Under the pieces are notes generated by a model. The model saw only the letters and a list, made by a program, of their open reading frames with translations. It was not told where the DNA came from and ran no database searches. A stretch of 64,000 nt of DNA, from the NCBI RefSeq assembly GCF_004010195.1, contig NC_057749.1, positions 5,597,634 to 5,661,633 on the forward strand, given 5' to 3'. Shown one piece after another: positions 37,491 through 51,040 of the stretch. The translations under genes and the position numbers were made by a program. Every line of letters starts with the position of its first letter. The stretch's first letter is position 1. The DNA is from Chiloscyllium plagiosum (taxonomy: Eukaryota).

Positions 37491-40161
37491 CTAAGGGGAG
37501 TAAAAGTCTGTGTCAGGTTTGGTCTTAGATACAGCATTATAGTTAAACTCACACTATGAATGCCCTTGGTATGACCAAAAATTTGGATGTCTGTATTAAT
37601 GTCTGTTTATGTGGCTCAATTCAAATTTTGTTCTGTATCATGTCTGTGAAATATTTAATTTTGCTACATTAAAGGTGCCATATAAATGTGCTGCGGAAAA
37701 TAATTTGCAATGAATTGGAATTTGTGTTTTCCTTCTGTACATCATGGGCAAAACTCTTGCCATTTTCCAGAAGAAATACAATCATAATAGCTGCAGTGAG
37801 ATATCCAGTTGCATCATGACACATCTCTCTTCGCTGATATTCCCCACTTACCCTTGCTATAGAATTGCTGAACTGCTGGGTTTTCAGGAATGCATTTGTA
37901 ACGCCACAATGTACTGCGAACACAAGAACTCTTTCCCCATCCCTCTCCTGCACCATGGCAAAGCCAAGCACTCCTGAAACCGTCCAGAGCTGCTGTCGCT
38001 TAAATCCCATTGTTAATACAAATGATTAAATTGTCTGCCCTATATTCAGGTTATCATACCCTTTCCATTTCACATGGCAATTTTAATTCACATGGTGCTA
38101 GCACAGAACCTTCTTTTAGGTATTTCTAAGGCAACCCATTCAGAGTTGATGGGACAGGTGGGAGCAGGTGGCACTTGAACCTGGGCCTCTTAGTCCAGAG
38201 ATAGGGACACTACCACTGCACCGCAAGAGCCCCCAGGACTTTCTGTTAGATATTTTCTAATTAGAGATGTTATTAGACATCTCTGGAGCAGGTGGGACTT
38301 GAACACAGGCCTCTTAGCCTCGAGGTAGCCTCGAGCTATCACAAAAGGCCCCAGAACTTTCTTTTGTTCCTCCACAGAAATGGGTGTAACCTGCAAGGTC
38401 CCCATTCATTGCCTACTCATAACGGCCCTGGAGAAGGTAAAGGCGAGTGATCTTCTTGATCGTTTGCGGTTTATTTGGGAGAGGTATTTGCGGAGTACCA
38501 TCACAGATCACAGAGGGATTTCTGGGATTTTGACCCAGTGACAATAAAGGAATGGCGATATTGTTCCATGGCAGAGCAGAGGGTGGTTTCAAAGGAAACT
38601 TCCAGGGGGGTGATGTTTCCTTGTACCTGCTTCCCTTGCCCCTCTACGTGGTTGAGATCGTGGGTTTGGAGGGTGCTACTGAAGCAGACTTGCTGAGTTC
38701 CTGCAGTGCATCTTGTAGATTGTACACCCTGCTGTGATGTCATGGAGACAATGAATGTTTGAGGAGGTGGATGGGGTGCTGTTCCAATTTGCTATTTTGT
38801 CCCAGATGATGTCAAGGTCCTTGAGTGATGTTGATGTTTCAGACAAGCAAGTGAATAATATTCCATCACATTCTTTTGTGATTTTGATTGAGGTATAGAT
38901 ATTGGTGATGACAACTGGAGAGATCACTCCTGCTATTCTTTGAAAAGGTGCCATGAGATCCTCCACATTTATCTAAGAAGGTAGATGGAGTCTCTGCTCA
39001 ACAGACCTTGTGAGAAACAGCATCTCTGACTGTGCAGCACCCCCTCAGAGTAACAGCCTTGATTTTTACATCAAGTCCTGAGCTTGAATGGAACATAGAA
39101 TCTTGTCACTCAGAGGTTACTAACTGAGGTACAGCTGATAGCTAAGACCACAAACAATGACAAGACCACAACTGTGTTATTAGCTGGACAGTAATGAATA
39201 GTTTCCACACTACTTTTAGGTATAACCTGGTGGATTTAATAAAGAGAGGAACAAAACATTTTTTTATTTTGTCTTGGAAGGTCTCTATCCCATTGAAAAT
39301 ATCTCATTCATGGCACCATGGGTTACTGCGGATGACCCATCAGCTTATTCACATTTACGAGTTGTCTGTAAACACATGCTGAAACTTCCATCACTTGTTA
39401 ATCGTGGGTGATTAATGTGCCAAGTTGGAGGACAAAAGGTTGTACTAGGATTTCGTGACTGCTGGAGCTGAAAATAAACTTAGTTATGCTTGAAATGACT
39501 GACGTTCCACAAAGTTGTCAGAGAGATGCTGAATGAGATTTTTTTAATGTTCACTCATGACTTGGTGATACTGGTTGGACCAGTATTTATGGCCTACCCC
39601 TAGTTGCCCTTAAGAAGATGGTGAGAAACTGCATGCTTGAACTGCTGCAGTCCATATGCTGTAGGTATACCCACAATGCCTCAAGGGAGGGAATTCCAGG
39701 ATTTTGACCCAGTGACAAACAAGGAATACATACATTTCCAAGTCAGGCTGGTGAGTGACTTAGAAGGGAACTTGCAGGTGGTGGCGCTCCTTGTATCAAC
39801 TGAATTTATCCTTCTCGATGGGAATGGTAGTGGGTTTGGAAGGTAATATCTGAGGGCTTTGGTGAATTTCTGCAGTAGATAGTACTCGCTGCTGTTACTG
39901 TGCGTTGGTGGTGGAGGGAGTAAATGTTTGTGGATGCAATGCCAATAAAGCCAGCTGCTTTGTCCTGGATGATATCAAACCTCTAAGTGTTGCTGGTACT
40001 GAACCCATCCAGGCAAATGGGGGGTATTCTGTCTTACTCCTGACCTGAGTCTTGTAAATCGTGGGCAGGCTTTGGAACATCAGGAGTTGAGTTGCTCTGA
40101 CCTGCTTTTGTAGCCCCTATGGTGTTGTAAATGGATCAAATCTACTTGTAAGTGGAACCAG

Positions 40162-40474
40162 TTTAGATTAGATTCCCCACAGTGTGGAAACAGGCCATTT
40201 GGCCCAATAGGTCCACACCGACCCTCTGAAGAGTAACCCAACAAAATCCATTTCCCTACCCTATATTTACCACTGACTAATGCACCTAGCACTATGGGCA
40301 ATTTAGCATAGCCAATTCACCTGACCTACACAGCTTTCGATTGTGGGAGGAAACACACGCAGACATGGGGAGAGTGTGCAAACTCCACACAGACAGTCGC
40401 CCGTGGATGGAATTGAACCCAGGTCCCTGGTGCTGTGAAGCAGCAGTGCTAACCTCTGAGTCACCGTGCTGCCC
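40162..40474 (-). mobile_element. V-SINE (HE1-like)
   Basis: Same family as 3761-4098. Confidence 0.8.
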
Positions 40475-40707
40475 CTAGAGCCACTGCTTATATATGACTA
40501 CTGCTTCAAGTTATGTCACTAGACTTGATAATCCACTAAGTAATAATTGTATCACTATATAATTACAAGATAAAACAATATTTGACGGAGTATAGAGAGA
40601 AAGTAAGGAAGTGAGAGTCAAAGAGCCAGTACATGCATCTTGGGTCAAGTAACCTCCTCCTGTGCTGTCATGTCATGTATAGGAGGGAAGGAGCATCTAA
40701 CAAACAT

Positions 40708-40918
40708 GGGTGACTCAGTGGCTCAGTGGCTAGCTCTGCTGCCTCACAGTGCTAGGGACATGGGTCCAATTCCAACATTGGGCACCTGTCTGTGTGGAGA
40801 TTGCACATTCTCCCCGTGTCTGCGTGGGTTTCCTCCGGGTGCTCTGATTTCCTCCCACAGTCCTAAGATGTGCAGGTTAGGTGGATTGGCCATGCTAAAT
40901 TGATCATAGTCTCCAGGG
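40708..40918 (+). mobile_element. V-SINE, 3'-truncated
   Basis: tRNA head plus V-domain. Confidence 0.75.
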
Positions 40919-41770
40919 ATTGTGTCACTTCATTATGAGCCAATGGCTAACAGACAGCCAGTGTAGAGAGGATACTTTCAAAGTGGCAACAACTCTTTAT
41001 AGAGAGAGATAATGTGATTCTCAGAGTGGTGTTGTCTGGCAGTCTAGGTGGCAAGATTTGTAGTGGAGATACTCAGGGTCTAGTCCTGCTATAAATGTCC
41101 TAAGACGGACAAAGGACGGTCAAAGAAATAACTTGTTTTGGACATTGCCCATCATGTCCTCAGGATGTTGCAAAGCATTTGGCAGCAAATTAATTAGCAA
41201 CATTCTGGGGACACTTGGAACATGGAGAAGGTGGAAGCAAATGGCCAGTTTCAGAATGAGATCCACAAGAAGAATCCTGAGGGTAAGCTGGATGAAGAAA
41301 GGCTGAACGAAGTTCATGATAATTCTGAAATAATACTGAAAGGTGACAGTGCGGGAGGATTGAGCCTAATCATCATCAGGTGGATTAAAAGAGAGACAGT
41401 GAAGGAACACAAGAATGGGGGTAGACCTTTCACCCCCTCAAACCTGTCCCTTCATTCAGTGAGATCATGACTAATCTGTGACCTAATTCCATATACCTGC
41501 CATATCCCTGAATAACTTTGCTTAACAAAAATCTATCTATCTCAGATTTATCCTCTAATCCAATATGTGCTGCAGTTTGTGGAATAGAGTTGCAAGCATT
41601 TATCATCCTTTGTGTGTAGAAGTGTTTCCCTAAGGAAGTGACATCAAAGACAACAAGAAGTCATCCATTGTTGCAATGATGCCACTCAGCTTGGCACACA
41701 GAAACAATGACAATTACATTCCAAATAAAATTACATTTATTGCTGATAGAAATCTCTACATTCTCCCTAC

Positions 41771-42003
41771 CTTGGGGTATCTACCGAGAAGCGATATATT
41801 TTCTGGAGAGTAGGTTTCCCGTAATCGAATTGTCCATGGTCCTACTGCCCTGATGTGAAGGCTGAGGGTGTCTTCGTGCGGAGCTGAAGTCAGAGTGAAA
41901 GGATGGTACTCATTCGTTCCCAAAGCAAGGCTTGCTATACGTACCCACTGACCGGATTTATATTCAAAATCTCTCGGGCGTTTAAATTCAAGATTAGTAA
42001 CCC
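41771..42003 (-). CDS. DUOX: DUOX exon, FAD-binding domain ([46 protein letters not shown])
   Basis: 233 nt; [13 protein letters not shown] and HIRAVGPWT motifs. Confidence 0.97.
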
Positions 42004-42039
42004 CTACAAAGAAAAATGCAACAGGTTATTTGCCAGAGT

Positions 42040-42772
42040 CGTTTGGTAAGGCAAACCACAGCAGGACTGACACAGTTAATGGTAGGACCCTGGAAAGTGC
42101 TGTCGAACAGACCAACCTCAGGATGCAAGTACATATTCCTTGAAAGTGGTGTCACGTAGATAGGGTGATGCAGAAGGCATTTGGCATACTTGCTTCATCG
42201 GTCAGAGTATTGCGTACAGGATTTGGGGCATCATGTTATAGCTGTATTGATAAAGTCATATTTAGAGTACTGTGTACAATTCTGGTCACCCAGCTACATA
42301 TTATTAAACTGGAAAAGATGTAAAAAAGATTTATAAGGATGTTACCAGACCAGACGGATTGAATTATAAGAAGAGGCTGGATAGGCTGAGACTTCTCTCC
42401 CTACAGTGTACGAGGCTGAGAGGTGATCTTATAGAGGTTTATAAAGTCATGAGGGTCATAGATAAAGTGAATAAGTCTTTTCCCCAGGGTAGGGGAGTCC
42501 AAACCTAGAGGGCATGAGTTGAGGTGAGAGGGAAAAGATTTAAAAGGGACCGGAGGCAACTTTTTCACACAGAAGGTGGTGCATATATGGAACGAGCTGG
42601 TAGAGGCAGGTAAATTTACAACATTTAAAAGACATTTGGACATGTATATGGATAGGAAAAGTTCAGACGGATATGGGCCAAATGCAGGCACATGGCACTA
42701 GTTCGGTGTAGGGAACCTGGTCAGCACAGATGAGTTGGACTGAAGAGCCTTCTTCTCTGTTGTATGACTCCA
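42040..42772 (+). mobile_element. CR1 LINE 3' part
   Basis: Decayed RT C-terminus and 3' UTR. Confidence 0.8.
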
Positions 42773-42925
42773 TGAAAGGCCACATCGTTTTGGTGTTGAT
42801 AGCAACAGGCTTTTGTGGTCAATGAAACACCTGATGTAAATGGAATTCCGATGTCCCAGACCAGTGCCCGAATTGGCAAACCCACATTCAGAGACTTCAC
42901 AAGCTGGTGGGAATGGCACATTTAC

Positions 42926-43149
42926 ATGGGAAGTGCTGTTGTTTGGGGAATGGGAAGAAGTGCTGTTAGGGGAATGGGAAGTGCTGCTGTTTGGGGAATG
43001 GGAAGTGGTGATGTTTGGGGTATGGGGAGTGGTGATGTTTGGGGAATGGGAAGTAGTGATGTTTGGGGAATGGGAAGTCTTCCTGTTTGGGGAATGGGGA
43101 GTGCTGCTGGTTGGGGAATGGGAAGTGGTGATGTTTTGGGAATGGGAAT
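42926..43149. repeat. G-rich minisatellite, 24 bp unit GGGAATGGGAAGTGGTGATGTTTG
   Basis: About 9 tandem copies. Confidence 0.92.
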
Positions 43150-44107
43150 TTCTTTGGAGTTTGCTACAGGTCACAGGGAGTTTCAGTCCAGGTTCAACAG
43201 TGTCTCTGCTGGACCACATTGCCTTTGAGCCATTAGGGCTGGGTTTCACTACGGCTTTGGGCCTCACCCATCCCCATTTGTGGTCTTGTGCTCAAACTCG
43301 CTGAGAGTGAGAACACTTGACAATAATCCGAGAACTGGCTGCCTCGAGCTTGCTGCATAATGACGGGCCGTTCTCAACCCTAATGCCTCCTCTAGCTCTG
43401 ACCCTCCAGCTGCCTCAAATACATGTAAATATGGTCTGGTTCAAGTAAGAGATGACTTTGGTTTGTTTGGATAGAGTCAAACTCCAATGTTTGCTTGTTT
43501 CCTTGATATGCCTCTGAACGGAACCAAGTAGCATTTGTTACTGTCTATGTCTGTAAAGGATGTGAATTAAGTGTACTTTGACATTAATAAAAAGCTTCCT
43601 CTAGCTCTGAAACCTTGGCAGCCCCACCAGACAGCATGGGGGTCTCAAAATGGAGGTTGACTCAGAGAAAACTAGTTACTGGTTCACATCTTGGTGGAAC
43701 TAAACAGTCATCGGCCTGAAGTGTCAAGTCTGTTTCTTTCTCCACAGGTGCTGCAGTTCCTGTTCTTTTTTCCTCTTTAGAATTCATTCACAGGTGAGGG
43801 TGTTGCTGGTCAGTGCCAGCATTTATTACCCATCCCTAAAGACCCAGAGGGCAGTCAAGAGTCAACTAAAAGCAACCCCAAAGAATTGAAGATACTGAGA
43901 ATCAGCAACAAGAACAGAAAATGCTGGGAAAACTCAGAAGATCTGGCAGCGTCTGTGGAAGCAAATCAGAGCTAACATTTCAGATCCAGTGACCGTTCCT
44001 CAGAACTGATTATAGATAGGTCTGAGAGTCAAGCACATTGCAGTGAGGCTGGAGTCACATGTAGGCCAGACCAGGTAAGGTGGGCCATTTCATGGAGTTT
44101 TTTCCAT

Positions 44108-44332
44108 TGATTTCCTACAGTGTGGAAACAGGCCCCATGACCCAATACGTCCACACCAACCCTCTGAAGAGGAATCCACCCAGATCCATTCCCCTACATT
44201 ACGCACCCAATCAACACATCCTCAAACACTATGGACAATTTAGCATGACCAATCCATCTAACCTGCACATCCTTGGAATTGAACCTAGGTCCCTGGCGCT
44301 GGGAGGCAGCAATGCTAACCACCGGGCCACCG
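44108..44332 (-). mobile_element. V-SINE with internal deletion
   Basis: Head and tail match the family. Confidence 0.7.
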
Positions 44333-44722
44333 TTTCCCTCCCTGAAGGACCCGATCATGGCCATCCCGAAGTCACTGCCCCACATGGATCTCTGAGGGTT
44401 GCACAACTGGAAAGAAAATCAGAGGGAACGCTACTTATAAGCCGTCGGCAACTTGGGATTGCCTGGCACGCTGCCTGCAGGACTTAGCACTGTCAGGTAC
44501 AAAAGAGGAAATACTGGGCCCAGGGTTTGAACCCACAGTCTTCCGACTCGAGCTGAGCTGTGATGACACGTGCAATTGATTCCTCTAGCTCTGAGGCCTT
44601 GGTAGCACCACCAGACAGAGTGGGGCCTCAGAGACTGGAGGCATCAAATGGAGGTAAAGAAAGCCTGTAATATGTGACACGTGGGATTGCTTCATAATAT
44701 TGTATTCAATTGGAAGCCCTAC

Positions 44723-44876
44723 CTGATGGCAGAAGCTCGGCTTTGACGACTGGAATCTCGATCTTCTTCCTGCTGTAGCTTACGAACTTGTCTCCAACAA
44801 AGAAGAGGGTGGGGATGATAAAATACACATGGAATCTTTGCGGCTGAAGGAGAGCAGCACTGCCGTGTAAAAGGAT
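44723..44876 (-). CDS. DUOX: DUOX exon ([51 protein letters not shown])
   Basis: 154 nt; AG/GT; HGS and KAELLPS motifs. Confidence 0.96.
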
Positions 44877-47086
44877 CTGTTTCAAAAAGATGCAGATGTG
44901 TCTATTTCTAGAGTTGATTTTACTCCTTTGATCCTATTTATGTTTTCACATTTCTGGCCAGCACTCTATTTTGTCTCTTCCCACCAATGTCACTTTCTCT
45001 CTCACTCATTGTCTCCACATAATCACATACTTTCTCTCCTTAGATTGATGGAGCAATGAAGATCTGAGTTTTGACTTATCGTTTCTCATAAGCTTTATGT
45101 ACATCATTTTCCCCCTTCTCGCATTGTAGTTGAGAAATATTAAACATTCTTTCCCCCGACCTCGAATCTCTGAAATGCCTTACTGTGTTCCTCTTGCAAC
45201 CAACAGACTGTAAAGAGCCCAAGCCCAATATCTGCAATGCACGACTTCTTGATTTACCACTCATTGCTCCTAATCTTTCCAAACTTGACTATGCAAAGTA
45301 GCAGACGGTCTAATTTATGAAGACTAAAAGACTTCTGCAACAATATGGCTGCCAATTTGATTGGAGTCAATTATGGCTGATGACATGTTTTAACAGGAGA
45401 TTGCTATCCAATCTAGATAAATTCCCCCAACAATGTCTTTGCTGCATTCTCTGGTTAGATCATCAAACAAATTCTAATGTCCTTCTTGAAGCCAGCTCCA
45501 TAAACATTCAGGTAAAACCTCAAGTAAAATCAACTAAGATGAACTTGACACTGTGACGGATGGATAAAAAGTGTCTACCCCACCATGTTCTGCTTTCTCA
45601 ACTCTCAAATGGTCAAGGAATTTGTTGCAAAGTCACTCTGAAGGTCTCCTTGAAGTCTGGCAACATTTATGTTATTGACTGAGGGTTCCAATTGCCCGTA
45701 GGACAACAATAGTCTTTGAGTCTACTGGTGCGATGGGTAGGGGCCCTGCTTCTGTGTCCTGGGTTTGAGTTCCACACGAGAATTTGATGGCTCGGAAAAC
45801 CAGATTCACAACAAAGCCAAAAGGTGTTGAATGTCAGTCTGCTAATACTTACAACCTATCAGTGACAGGTGGGGAGTGCAGGAGCAATTCCTGCACAGCC
45901 TTGTGCTGGAAAGGAAGTCGAAGCCCCTACTGTCATTATCCACAGCTCCAGACCACGTAAAAGTGTACATTCCCACAGCAACTCTGGCTCCATGGATGAA
46001 CTCCAACACTTTAACCGTGTCTCTGTGACGTGTGAATATGATCTGGGGTGTCTCAACCACATTATGGACCGAAAAATTATCTCTGTAAATGTTATGGGCA
46101 GCCAACTCTTAAAATACCTGCTCGCCATTCTGTGAAAAATATTACACACTCTTTCCACTGTGTAATATATTTCTCATGCTCACATTCATTTTCATTTGGC
46201 ACTGTTAATGTCCTTCACACCTGTTGTTTAGATTATTCTGCAATTATGGACTGATTCCTTAGATACTGCAAACAAGGTGATGTAATTAAATGTCAGAGGG
46301 GTCCTGTTCTTAGTGATCCTTAGTGCCAGGGCAGCTATAAATAAACCATTAGACCATGAACTTTTGACTGCAGCTTCACTAAGTACTTGTACTGTTGCCT
46401 GCAATTCTGGCAAGTTCTTGGTCGACTGAGTCACCCCTTTTGTTTGTTTCCAGCTCACAAACCATGGCTTGAAAATGAATACCAGTCACACTGAAATATG
46501 AGTAATTTAATTGCCACTAATTAATACCAATACAATAGACGACACATATTAGTAGGAGCTGAGAAGGTGAACGGGAAGCAAATTTCTAAACTCTATGGAT
46601 TTTTGTCACATGCATGCACATTAACTATTGTCTGGTAAAGAACAAACTTAGCCACATGACTGGAAAGAGGATGGGCAGATGTTACTGGTTGGTAAAATCT
46701 TAGAAGGGGAGTTAGCTTCCTATTACAAGAAGAGTCTCAGGGCAATTTTTACAGAATGGTAAAACAAGACTCCACAAGAGACCTGGGAGGTGCTTAAAGA
46801 CATATTTTATTGATCCATAAAATATAGGAAAGTTGTAGGTTTAATCAGAAGTCTACATTAATTATTCGTGCTTGAAGCAATGCAGTGGGTGTCAATAGCC
46901 ATGGGGTCTGGAGAACATTGCTCAAAGTTCCTCCCCTTGCAAAAAGGATCACTGCTTAGAGTCATAGAGTCATAGAGATGTACAGCACAGAAACAGACCC
47001 TTCAGTCCAACCCGTCCATGCCGACCAGATATCGCAACCCGATCTAGTCCCACCTGCCAGCACCCGGCCCATATCCCTCCAAACCC

Positions 47087-47201
47087 GAAACGTCGATTTC
47101 GCTGCACCTTGGATGCTGCCTGAACTGCTGTGCTCTTCCAGCACCACTAATCCAGAATCTGGTTTCCAGCATCTGCAGTCATTGTTTTTACCTTGTTTTT
47201 T
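47087..47201 (+). mobile_element. Penelope-type short element nested in CR1
   Basis: Exact 13 bp TSD TCCCTCCAAACCC at 47074-47086 and 47202-47214. Confidence 0.8.
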
Positions 47202-48561
47202 TCCCTCCAAACCCTTCCTATTCATATACCCATTCAAATGCCTTTTAAATGTTGCAATTGTACCAGCCTCCACTACATCCTCTGGCAGCTCATTCTATAC
47301 ATGTACCATCCTCTGTGTGAAAAAGCTGCCCCGTAGGTCTCTTTTATATCTTTCCCCTCTCACCCTAAATCTATGTCCTCTAGTTCTGGACTCCCCCAAC
47401 CCCAGGGAAAAGACTTTGTCTATTTATCCTATCCATGCGCCTTATAATTTCTTAAACCTCTATAAGGTCACCCCTCAGCCTCCGACGCTCCAGGGAAAAC
47501 AGCCCCAGCCTGCTCAGCCTCTCCCCATAGCTCAAATCCTCCAACCCTGGCAACATCCTTGTAAATCTTTTCTTAACCGTTTCAAGTTTCACAACATCGT
47601 TCCGATAGGAAGGAGACCAGAATTGCACGCAATATTCCAACAGTGGCCTAACCAATGTCCTGTACAGCTGCAACATGGCCTTCCAACTCCTGTACTCAAT
47701 CCTCTGACCAATAAAGGAAAGCATACCAAACGCCTTCTTCACCCTCCTATCTACCGGCGACTCCACTTTCAAGGAGCTATGAACCTGTACTCCAAGGTCT
47801 CCATCTGGTCAAGATCCTGTTGTAATCTGAGGTAACCTTCTTAACTGTCCACTACACCTCCAATTTTGGTGTCATTTGCAAACTTACTAACTGTACCTCT
47901 TATGCTCGCATCCAAATCATTTATGTAAATGACAAAAGTAGAGGACCCAGCACCGATCTTTGTGGCACTGCACTGGTCACAGGCATCCAGTCTGAAAAAC
48001 AACCCCCCACCATCACCCTCTGTCTTCTACTTTTGAGCCAGTCCTGTATCCAAATGGCTCGTTCTTCCTTTATTCCGTGAGATCTAACCTTGCTAATCAG
48101 TCTCCCATGGGGAACCTTGTCGAACACCTTACTGAAGTCAATATCGTTCACATCTGCCGCTCTGCCCTCATCAATCTTCTTTGTTACTTCTTCAAAAAAC
48201 TCAATCAAATTTATGAGATATGATTTCCCATACACAGAGCCATGTTGACTATTCCTAATCAGTCCTTGCCTTTCCAAATACATATACATCCTGTCCCTTA
48301 GGATTCCCTCCAATAACTTGCCCAAGATGAACTTGTAAGGCGATCTCAGCTATCTGTAAGAACAATAGGGTGATTATGGTTGGGGATTTTAACTTTCCGA
48401 ACATAGACTGGGACTGCCATTGTGTTAAGGGTTTAGATGGAGAGGAATTTGTTAAGTGCGTACAAGACAATTTTCTGATTCACTATGTGGATGTAACTAC
48501 TAGAGAAGGTGCAAAACTTGACCTACTCTTGGGAAATAAGGCAGGGCAGGTGACTGAGGTG

Positions 48562-48766
48562 AAAATGTGTTGCTGGAAAAGCGCAGCAGGTCAGGCAGCA
48601 TCCAAGGAGCAGGAGAATCGATGTTTCGGGCATTAGCCCTTCTTCAAAAGGGTTCATGCCCAAAACGTTGATTCTCCTGCTCCTTGGATGCTGCCTGACC
48701 TGCTGCGCTTTTCCAGCAACACATTTTCAGCTCTGATCTCCAGCATCTGCAGTCCTCACTTTCTCC
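48562..48766. mobile_element. Palindromic Penelope-type element nested in CR1 ORF2
   Basis: TSD CAG(G/A)TGACTGAGGTG at 48547-48561 and 48767-48781; near-perfect inverted arms. Confidence 0.82.
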
Positions 48767-51040
48767 CAGATGACTGAGGTGTCAATGGGGGAGCACTTTG
48801 GGGCCAGTGACCATAATTCTATTCATTTTAAAATAGTGATGGATAAGGATAGACCAGATCAAAAAGTTGAAGTTCTAAATTGGAGAAAGGCCAATTTTGA
48901 CGGTATCAGGCAAGAACTTTCAAAAGCTGATTGGAGGCAGATATTTGCAGGTAAAGGGACAGCTGGAAAATGGGAAGCCTTCAGAAATGAGATAACGACA
49001 ATGCAGAGAAACTATATTCCTGTTAGGGTGAAAGGAAAGGCTGGTAGGTATAGGGAATGCTGGATAACTAAAGACATTGAGGGTTTGGTTAAGAAAAAGA
49101 AGGAAGCCTATGTCAGGTATAGACAGGATAGATCGAGTGAATCCTTAGAAGAGTATAAAGGCAGAAGGAGTATACCTAAGAGGGAAATCAGGAGGGCAAA
49201 AAGGGAACATGAAATAGATTTGGCAAATAGAGTTAAGGAGAATCCAAAGGGATTTTACAAATACATTCAGGACAAAAGGGTAACTGGGGCGAGAATAGGG
49301 CCCCTCAAAGATCTGCAAGGTAGCCTTTGTGTTGAGCCACAGAAAATGGGGGAGATACTAAACGAGTATTTTACATCAGTATTTACTGTGGAAACGGATA
49401 TGGAAGATGTAGAAAGTAGCGAAACAGATGGTGGAACCTTGCAAAATGTCCATATTACAGAGGAGGAAGTGCTGGATATCTTGAAATGCATAAAGGTGAA
49501 TAAATCCCCAGAACCTGATCAGGTGTACCCTAGAACTCTGTGGGAAGCTAGAGGAGTGATTGCTGGGCCTCTTTCTGAGATATTTGTATCATCAATAGTC
49601 ACAGGTGAGGTGCCGGAAGACTGGACGTTGTTTAATGTGATGCCACTGTTTAAGAAGGGCGGTAAGGACAAGCCAGGGAACTATAGACCAGTGAGCCTTG
49701 TTGTGCATGGGTTCTTTAAAGCCTAAAATAGTGGATTAGGATATCTATCTCTCTGCCCTCGAAGAGCTTTGTCGAGCAAACAATATGCAGTTTATTGTAG
49801 AACTGCAACCACTTACAGTTGGCATGAATATGACCCTCATTATTTCAGAGATTCACAGCACACTAGCTCTGGTCTGTTTCCTACAAACTCCTTCTTTACA
49901 CTGACTGAGTCCCTCAGGGAGTGCTGCTTACTGTACTCAATCAAGTCGAGTGATTTATGAACATCTGACTTACAAATGCCTGTAGTTATGAATATGATCC
50001 CATAAAAAGGGTGTAATTTCAAAGACCTGTCATATGAACATTTCTTTCATTTAACGTAATCCTGCACTGTGTTCCAACTTGCGTACAAATGAACTAGCAA
50101 TCAAACTCCAGAATGGAACCCAGGGACTGCCTGTATTAAGCCTTTTTGACGCATACACAATGCTGCTTGGGCAGATGTCAGTTAAGAATAAAAGGTTGAA
50201 TGCTTCCCATCCATCATCACTGCAAATAGCTGACTACTATTTTCCTGAAGGGCCCACACATCAAAACTAGCCACTGTGCTGAGGAACAAGGTAACGTCCA
50301 TAGGTGGAACCATGTCTCAGAGAAGGGAAAGGAGAATAGAAAGTAGGCAGGAAAAGAAAAAAAAATCATAAAGTTGCAGAGGAGAGCTGCTTAAGATAAA
50401 TAAATATTGAATCAAATTCAATGACAGTACATTTTAAAGATTGGAAAATGAGGATAGGCTTTCCCACTGACAGTGGGCACATTTATCCGCTCATGATGTG
50501 AATCAAAAATGTAAGCATTGTTCCTGTAATTTTGAAATTGTTTTGGTTAGCCATTATCAAAATGCAGAAGACACAATTAAGGTCATATTTTTATTGATCC
50601 TTAAAAGCCCTGAGGCAGTGGGTGCTTGGCAGCCTTTCTTGCGATTGTTTTGTTAACTAATTGGCGTGCCAGACCACTTTAGAGGAAATTCAAGGTTACA
50701 TAGTGTTATATGGCTCGAGAATGAACCACAGGCTAGTTTGAGCAGAGGTAGCAGATCTGCTTCCCTGAGGATATGAATGAATCAGTTGGTTTCTATTACT
50801 CACACTTTGGATGCTTGCATGATCTACTTTTGATACCAAGTTGCAAACGAAAAACATTTATGAACTTGCCCCAGCCTCAGGGTGGCTCACTCAGTACCAC
50901 AGTCATTCCATTACTACGCCACATTCGTAAATGGGCATTCAACAAATCTCACATTCAAACTAACCTAACCTTTGATTCCAATGTGATTTTTCACTAGGAC
51001 CTGTAGACACTCTTGTGAAGTTCTAAAGATATCTCCTTAC

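Larger units (their letters stand above)
46959..49698. mobile_element. CR1 LINE with inverted 5' part (minus 46959-48324, plus 48325-49698) and two nested Penelope-type insertions
   Basis: Plus piece runs from EN motifs (GDFNFPNIDW, SDHN) to NYRPVSL; minus piece runs from GKLLEGILRD to the 3' tail. Confidence 0.85.

Noticed and set aside
42698..43304. Mucin-like or repetitive ORFs
   Set aside because: Translation of the 24 bp minisatellite; no splice support
48770..49726. 318 aa ORF
   Set aside because: CR1 ORF2 fragment (EN end to RT start), not a host gene
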